Shown here in pieces: positions 60,148 through 64,000 of a DNA stretch of 64,000 nucleotides. This DNA is from a virus. Lineage: Duplodnaviria > Caudoviricetes. The stretch's first letter is position 1, and each line of letters opens with the position of its first letter. The notes below the pieces were generated by a model. It was not told where the DNA came from, ran no database searches, and worked only from the letters and a program-made list of their open reading frames with translations. The stretch covers positions 224,001-288,000 of IMG/VR virus record IMGVR_UViG_3300007171_000004. The stretch is one strand, 5' to 3'. The translations under genes and the position numbers were made by a program.

Positions 60148-60153
60148 AGCCTT

Positions 60154-60178
60154 GACCCCTTCGGGGGTCTTTTTTTTT
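60154..60178 (+). terminator. Intrinsic terminator with cUUCGg loop
   Basis: GACCCC-TTCG-GGGGTC-T9. Confidence 0.9.
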
Positions 60179-60199
60179 ATCTATAGCAATCTAAAATTT

Positions 60200-60257
60200 A
60201 TTATTTAACTCAAGTCTTCGGGGGGTTAACCCCCCCCGACAGAAAGATACAAATAAT
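60200..60257. repeat. Symmetric element copy 3 (inverted flanks, two extra C)
   Basis: ATTATTT-N12-CGGGGGGTTAACCCCCCCCG(60219-60238)-N12-AAATAAT. Confidence 0.93.
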
Positions 60258-60268
60258 AAAAAATAGTC

Positions 60269-60296
60269 TTGCATCAGTTATTATTTTTGATATAAT
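60269..60296 (+). promoter_or_regulatory. Sigma70-type promoter with extended -10
   Basis: TTGCAT-N16-TATAAT, nearly identical to 59679-59706. Confidence 0.7.
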
Positions 60297-60316
60297 AAGA
60301 GCATAAGGAGTTTGGA

Positions 60317-60589
60317 ATGAAAGTTAACTTGAAAGAGTATGGTCTCTGTGACGTTGTAAAGAACGAGTATCCTAACGGTAATCTCGCATTGTCCCTCAAG
60401 GATGCGTACGGTTCTCCAATCGCTAGCGTTAGCACAAACATCATCCCCCTGTTCGACAATGAGTTTGTTCTTGATGTAAACAACCTGTCTCTTATCCTTG
60501 ATGAGATTCTTGAATCCGGGTTGTTTCAGGACACGGGAGACAAGGTGCAATCAGGGTTTGTAGAATATCCAATCTACAGGTTGGTATAA
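60317..60589 (+). CDS. DUF4313-like protein
   Basis: YPNGNLAL.L.....PIA.VSTN.....FVLDVNN...DTG..VQSGFVEYPIY; SD AAGGAG. Confidence 0.7.
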   Translation: MKVNLKEYGLCDVVKNEYPNGNLALSLKDAYGSPIASVSTNIIPLFDNEFVLDVNNLSLILDEILESGLFQDTGDKVQSGFVEYPIYRLV

Positions 60590-60590
60590 G

Positions 60591-60622
60591 ATAGGGGGCT
60601 TGAAAAAGCCCCCTATTGTTTT
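60591..60622 (+). terminator. Intrinsic terminator
   Basis: ATAGGGGGCT-TGAAAA-AGCCCCCTAT then TGTTTT. Confidence 0.7.
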
Positions 60623-60685
60623 ATCTAGGCTTGCTAAAAAACCTTATTTGAAAAAAGTTGTCGTATAAGATATTTGAGGTGAAAA

Positions 60686-61072
60686 ATGGAACAAGCTGTA
60701 ATGATTGGTTTGGTATCGGTTTTATTTTGTTTCAATGTCTGGTTAATTGGTGCAAATGAATCAATCAAGAATCAAAATGAAACTCTAAAGAATCTTAACA
60801 ACAATTTGAATAAAGATTTAGAAGAATTAAAGAGTAAAAATTCTTCTCTTTGGCATGAAACATTAGAATTAAAAGAACACATTGAATCTTATAAATTTCC
60901 TGTAGGTTCTAAGGTTAAGTGGTTAGATCGCACAGGAGAAGAAGAATTTGGAATTGTCTATGATGATTATGAGATTCTAGATAAGCATTATGTTGTTATT
61001 AAAAGATTGAAAGATGACAAATTAATTGGCTCTCCACTTTCAATTAAGGCAGAAAAATTAACAGTATTATAA
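60686..61072 (+). CDS. Membrane-anchored coiled-coil protein with SH3-like C-terminus
   Basis: SD GAGGTG; N-terminal TM, heptad region, FPVGSKVKW...GIV. Confidence 0.75.
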   Translation: MEQAVMIGLVSVLFCFNVWLIGANESIKNQNETLKNLNNNLNKDLEELKSKNSSLWHETLELKEHIESYKFPVGSKVKWLDRTGEEEFGIVYDDYEILDKHYVVIKRLKDDKLIGSPLSIKAEKLTVL

Positions 61073-61109
61073 AAAAAAATCCCCCTTGAATAATCTTGGG
61101 GGATAACTT

Positions 61110-61313
61110 TTACTTTACGGAATATTGGGTATAAAATCTGCTACCGTCATTTAATACCCATTCTGTTTTATATTTCCTAGCACACGTTTCACCTAACTCT
61201 TGTGCATTAGACCCAGAAGCCAAAAGCAATCCATTCCTAAACGCAGAAAACTTAAGTCTAGGAAAGTTAGTTACAAAACGAACCTCAATCTTATCTTGCA
61301 AATCCATGTCCAT
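61110..61313 (-). CDS. Small hypothetical protein
   Basis: SD AAGGAG; terminator at about 61073-61105. Confidence 0.7.
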   Translation of the reverse strand: MDMDLQDKIEVRFVTNFPRLKFSAFRNGLLLASGSNAQELGETCARKYKTEWVLNDGSRFYTQYSVK

Positions 61314-61340
61314 CTCCTTACAAAAATAGTATATCAGAAA

Positions 61341-61838
61341 TCATTTAAGAGTCAAGAGTTTACTGCTTAAATAAGGGTCATTTTTAAATCTTTTTAGCCC
61401 CATCTTTGTATATCCCAATGCATTTAATCTATCACCATTTTTAATACAAAGACTAACAAGAGAGTGAAAAGTAGTGGCGGGACAATCTTTAAAACGGATA
61501 GCACTTTCATAATAACGGATTGATAATTGTTCATCTTTCTTCATCGACCTATAAAACATACCAGTAAATTCATAAGACCTATATCCATTAGGCATTAGGG
61601 ACAAATATCTCTTAGTAAAAATTTCAGCATCATTTAACCAGCTTGAATCTTTACTATTAATACTCATAGACCACATAAGCCAAATCATATTCTCCCAAGC
61701 ATCACGGTCTTTGTAATCTATCTTAAGCACTTCTTTGTATAGATTAATAATTTTGGGATAGTCACCAGTTTTAGTATCTGTGCCATGCCAAAGAGTTTCA
61801 ATAGTTTTCTTTAAATATTCTAGTTTACGAGTTTGCAC
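61341..61838 (-). CDS. TPR-like helical repeat protein
   Basis: GDYPKIINLY..VL..D.....AW...IWLMWS; ..YYESAIRF; helical repeats. Confidence 0.6.
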   Translation of the reverse strand: MQTRKLEYLKKTIETLWHGTDTKTGDYPKIINLYKEVLKIDYKDRDAWENMIWLMWSMSINSKDSSWLNDAEIFTKRYLSLMPNGYRSYEFTGMFYRSMKKDEQLSIRYYESAIRFKDCPATTFHSLVSLCIKNGDRLNALGYTKMGLKRFKNDPYLSSKLLTLK

Positions 61839-62160
61839 TTGCTTCTAACTCCAATTCTTCTGCATCATAAGTATTTAAAATATGATTACTAACATTCTGC
61901 GGTAATTCTACATTCTTCATAAAACCTAAAAGAATAATTTTCTTCTTAAAATTTTCGTAAACAGTTTTTCTTTTACGTTGAGAATTATCCCACTCATATG
62001 TAAATAAATTCATATCATTTAAAATTGAAGAGTGACTAAATTCAATAAGATAAGTACCATCCATATGAATAAAAGAATCAAAACCGGAAATTATATCATC
62101 TCCCTTTAATTCATATCCTGTGCCAGTTTTAGAAAAATATATCCAGACTTTTGTTTCCAT
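61825..62160 (-). CDS. Hypothetical protein (possibly leaderless transcript)
   Basis: ATG 62160 lies 5 nt below the -10 box TAAAAT; no SD. Confidence 0.7.
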   Translation of the reverse strand: METKVWIYFSKTGTGYELKGDDIISGFDSFIHMDGTYLIEFSHSSILNDMNLFTYEWDNSQRKRKTVYENFKKKIILLGFMKNVELPQNVSNHILNTYDAEELELEASANS

Positions 62161-62165
62161 GTCAA

Positions 62166-62194
62166 ATTTTACCATATATATTTAATGTCTGCAA
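62166..62194 (-). promoter_or_regulatory. Sigma70-type promoter
   Basis: TTGCAG-N17-TAAAAT, with TG before the -10. Confidence 0.6.
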
Positions 62195-62207
62195 TTATCT
62201 AAAAAAG

Positions 62208-62263
62208 ATTATTTGAAACATTCTGTCGGGGGGTTAACCCCCCGAGGACTTGAAACAAATAAT
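62208..62263. repeat. Symmetric element copy 4
   Basis: ATTATTT-N12-CGGGGGGTTAACCCCCCG(62227-62244)-N12-AAATAAT. Confidence 0.95.
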
Positions 62264-62284
62264 AAAAAATAGTTCATCTGAGAC

Positions 62285-62312
62285 AAAAAAAGACCCCGTT
62301 TCAGGGGTCTTT
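62285..62312 (-). terminator. Intrinsic terminator
   Basis: A7-GACCCC-GTTTCA-GGGGTC. Confidence 0.8.
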
Positions 62313-62315
62313 AGA

Positions 62316-62576
62316 TTACAGTTCGATATTGATGTAAGATACACCGATTAAGTTATGGATAGAATATTCTTTCCAGTTCTTAAGAAGGGTCTCTGCAAAC
62401 TCATGTCCTTCCAGAGCCTTTTTGATAGCATCTGAGAACTTGTTCGTCCTTACCAGAGTATAAGTGGTTTTATCATCACCGTATGTAAACTCATCAAGGA
62501 CATCGTTGCAAACATCTGTGTCAAGTTCCAGAGTGTAAAAGATGTCTGATGCATCTGCGAATGTTACCTGTCTCAT
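62316..62576 (-). CDS. Small hypothetical protein
   Basis: SD AAGGAGGT; flanked by its own promoter and terminator. Confidence 0.8.
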   Translation of the reverse strand: MRQVTFADASDIFYTLELDTDVCNDVLDEFTYGDDKTTYTLVRTNKFSDAIKKALEGHEFAETLLKNWKEYSIHNLIGVSYINIEL

Positions 62577-62600
62577 GTCAACCTCCTTGGTTACAGGTTA

Positions 62601-62628
62601 ATAATATCATAAATGATTTGTGATGCAA
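62601..62628 (-). promoter_or_regulatory. Sigma70-type promoter
   Basis: TTGCAT-N16-TATTAT, TGaTATTAT. Confidence 0.65.
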
Positions 62629-62650
62629 TGGGTATTTTAAACTATTTTTT

Positions 62651-62706
62651 ATTATTTAAATCATTCCTTCGGGGGGTTAACCCCCCGACGACTGGAAACA
62701 AATAAT
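62651..62706. repeat. Symmetric element copy 5
   Basis: ATTATTT-N12-CGGGGGGTTAACCCCCCG(62670-62687)-N12-AAATAAT. Confidence 0.95.
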
Positions 62707-62727
62707 AAATTTTAGATTGACAAAAGC

Positions 62728-62757
62728 AAAAAAAAGCCCCCGTTTCAGGGGGGGCTT
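62728..62757 (-). terminator. Intrinsic terminator homologous to 62285-62312
   Basis: A8-GCCCCC-GTTTCA(G)-GGGGGGC. Confidence 0.75.
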
Positions 62758-62758
62758 G

Positions 62759-63478
62759 CTACGCCATCGGCAGAATCTTTAATGCCTTTTTAATCTTTTT
62801 ATCTGTTCCAGTATCAGGGGCGAACAGAATCACAAGTTTACGGCGGTGGAGGTGCTTATCCTGCATACAAAGCCCGCAGGACTTGCAAGAGTCGGTTTTC
62901 TTGACCTGATAGGGACAAGGGATACCAGTAAAGCCGTTTCCAAGGTTCACAGGGCGATGTGATTCGTGTTTAGTAGGAACGACCAGACTACAGGCATAAC
63001 CACGGTCATGCTCTACTTGTAACTGTTCCACGGATTCGCACGAACGCAGAATACTAACATCGCCCCAAACATTACGGGGAACATCCAATGCATGGGTGTA
63101 TGTCCAAACCCGTTTGCCGGAACGCTTTATATAAGCATTATACGCTTCTGATACAATCCGGGCGGCTTCCACGGTTTTACAATCACCGACAACATGACCC
63201 CGCAGGTCATACTTGCCTTTAAGACGGTTCACGGCATCCGCTTCAAAACGGGCTATCTGTTCCGGTGTAAACATTCCAATGGACTGTGCTAGGTTCAATC
63301 GTTTTGTTGTAATACCTGCATGACCTGTTTCGGCATAACATCCTGCATTATAGAAGGAACAGTTAGATGGGCATGAACCTTGACTTGCCCAAGTAGCGGA
63401 CACCGTTTTGTCGGTGGAAAGTTTACGGTCGGCAGACCGCTCTACGGCAATGGCTGGGGCTGTGTATGTGTAACTCAT
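62759..63478 (-). CDS. Cysteine-rich phage protein (Gp88-like)
   Basis: SCPSNCSF...GCYA..G, R.HVVGD, WTYTH, C-terminal CP......CKSCGLC; GC-rich codons. Confidence 0.55.
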   Translation of the reverse strand: MSYTYTAPAIAVERSADRKLSTDKTVSATWASQGSCPSNCSFYNAGCYAETGHAGITTKRLNLAQSIGMFTPEQIARFEADAVNRLKGKYDLRGHVVGDCKTVEAARIVSEAYNAYIKRSGKRVWTYTHALDVPRNVWGDVSILRSCESVEQLQVEHDRGYACSLVVPTKHESHRPVNLGNGFTGIPCPYQVKKTDSCKSCGLCMQDKHLHRRKLVILFAPDTGTDKKIKKALKILPMA

Positions 63479-63484
63479 GACATC

Positions 63485-63512
63485 ATTATATCGACATTAT
63501 ATAAAAATACAA
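63485..63512 (-). promoter_or_regulatory. Sigma70-type promoter
   Basis: TTGTAT-N16-TATAAT. Confidence 0.65.
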
Positions 63513-63533
63513 TGGCATTTTGAACTATTTTTT

Positions 63534-63589
63534 ATTATTTAAAACATTCCTTCGGGGGGTTAACCCCCCGACGACTGGAAACAAATAAT
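63534..63589. repeat. Symmetric element copy 6
   Basis: ATTATTT-N12-CGGGGGGTTAACCCCCCG(63553-63570)-N12-AAATAAT. Confidence 0.95.
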
Positions 63590-63651
63590 GTTTTTCAGAT
63601 TGACAAATGCCAAAAAATGCCCCCCATTTCTGGAGGGCTGGTTGGTTGATT

Positions 63652-63969
63652 TTAGAACAACCGGGAATATGGTTTGGTTGCCAATGCACCGTCTGGTATG
63701 GCAATGCTGTAGTGGTTGCTAAGTTTACCGAACAGGTTTGGGAGGCTCTTGTGGAGGTGTGCAAAGGCGAATGTCTTGCCCTTGGAGGTTACCTTCATCG
63801 ATACGTGAACACGGTTCAGAGCGTCAACGTAAAGGTGAACATCGACCTCAGAAGAGCGGAAAACGACATATTCGTTGCTGTCCACCTTCTCAGATACACG
63901 CTCATAGGACGCAGGGAGAGACTCTGCAAGCGTATTAATGAAGGCATCCAAAGCACGGGGCATGGACAC
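63652..63969 (-). CDS. GC-rich hypothetical protein (start uncertain, near window edge)
   Basis: About 50% GC ORF followed by a terminator-like hairpin at about 63612-63637. Confidence 0.65.
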   Translation of the reverse strand: MSMPRALDAFINTLAESLPASYERVSEKVDSNEYVVFRSSEVDVHLYVDALNRVHVSMKVTSKGKTFAFAHLHKSLPNLFGKLSNHYSIAIPDGALATKPYSRLF

Positions 63970-64000
63970 AGGGGCGACATTGAGGAATGGTTCGGAGACA

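Noticed and set aside
59659-60550. Minus-strand ORFs 59659-60108, 60274-60483 and 60281-60550, and plus-strand ORFs 59705 and 59957
   Set aside because: They overlap cassette genes that have clear promoter, SD and terminator support. GC-rich DNA simply has fewer chance stop codons.
58423-63570. CGGGGGGTTAACCCCCCG cores as simple intrinsic terminators
   Set aside because: No U-tract follows on either strand. Separate canonical terminators lie beside several copies, and the fixed 12-nt spacers and symmetric arms would be unexplained.
58404-63589. Palindromic repeats as a CRISPR array
   Set aside because: Spacing is 0.44-2 kb with whole genes between copies, not 30-40-nt spacers. No cas genes are present.

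Overview
This window looks like 64 kb of an AT-rich jumbo/huge bacteriophage genome read in genetic code 11. I saw no ribosomal or central-metabolism genes, no CRISPR array, no transposase and no recognisable major capsid or terminase gene. It falls into three blocks. (1) 0.4-19 kb, minus strand: a self-contained bacterial-type replication/recombination operon with RecJ, a primase catalytic domain, RecA, an SSB, DnaE, a separately encoded primase zinc finger, DnaB, a DnaC-like loader, a Ycf46-like AAA ATPase, and SbcD with an SbcC split across genes. (2) 21-55 kb: probable late/virion and accessory genes. These include five tandem LamG-lectin paralogs, DnaK, a J-domain protein, a DUF1559/H-X9-DG prepilin-like gene suggesting an Armatimonadota-type host (inference), ART/GNAT, HExxH and FHA payload proteins, and a mini CxxCH cytochrome. 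Many otherwise unrelated proteins here share N-terminal leaders (MWY[K/R]x[A/S], or MNK[R/K]QI.ASLN.IA..LD...) ending in [K/R]-x-[A/S], which may be a capsid-targeting and protease-cleavage signal. (3) After a strongly strand-skewed, repeat-bearing junction at 55-56.2 kb: small promoter-gene-terminator cassettes separated by six copies of a symmetric element, xTTATTT-N12-CGGGGGGTTAACCCCCCG-N12-AAATAAT, helically phased relative to sigma70-type promoters. This block also holds a promoter/terminator-flanked, highly structured ~275-nt candidate ncRNA with a tRNA-like 3' domain. All family calls come from motif recognition by eye; no database searches were run.
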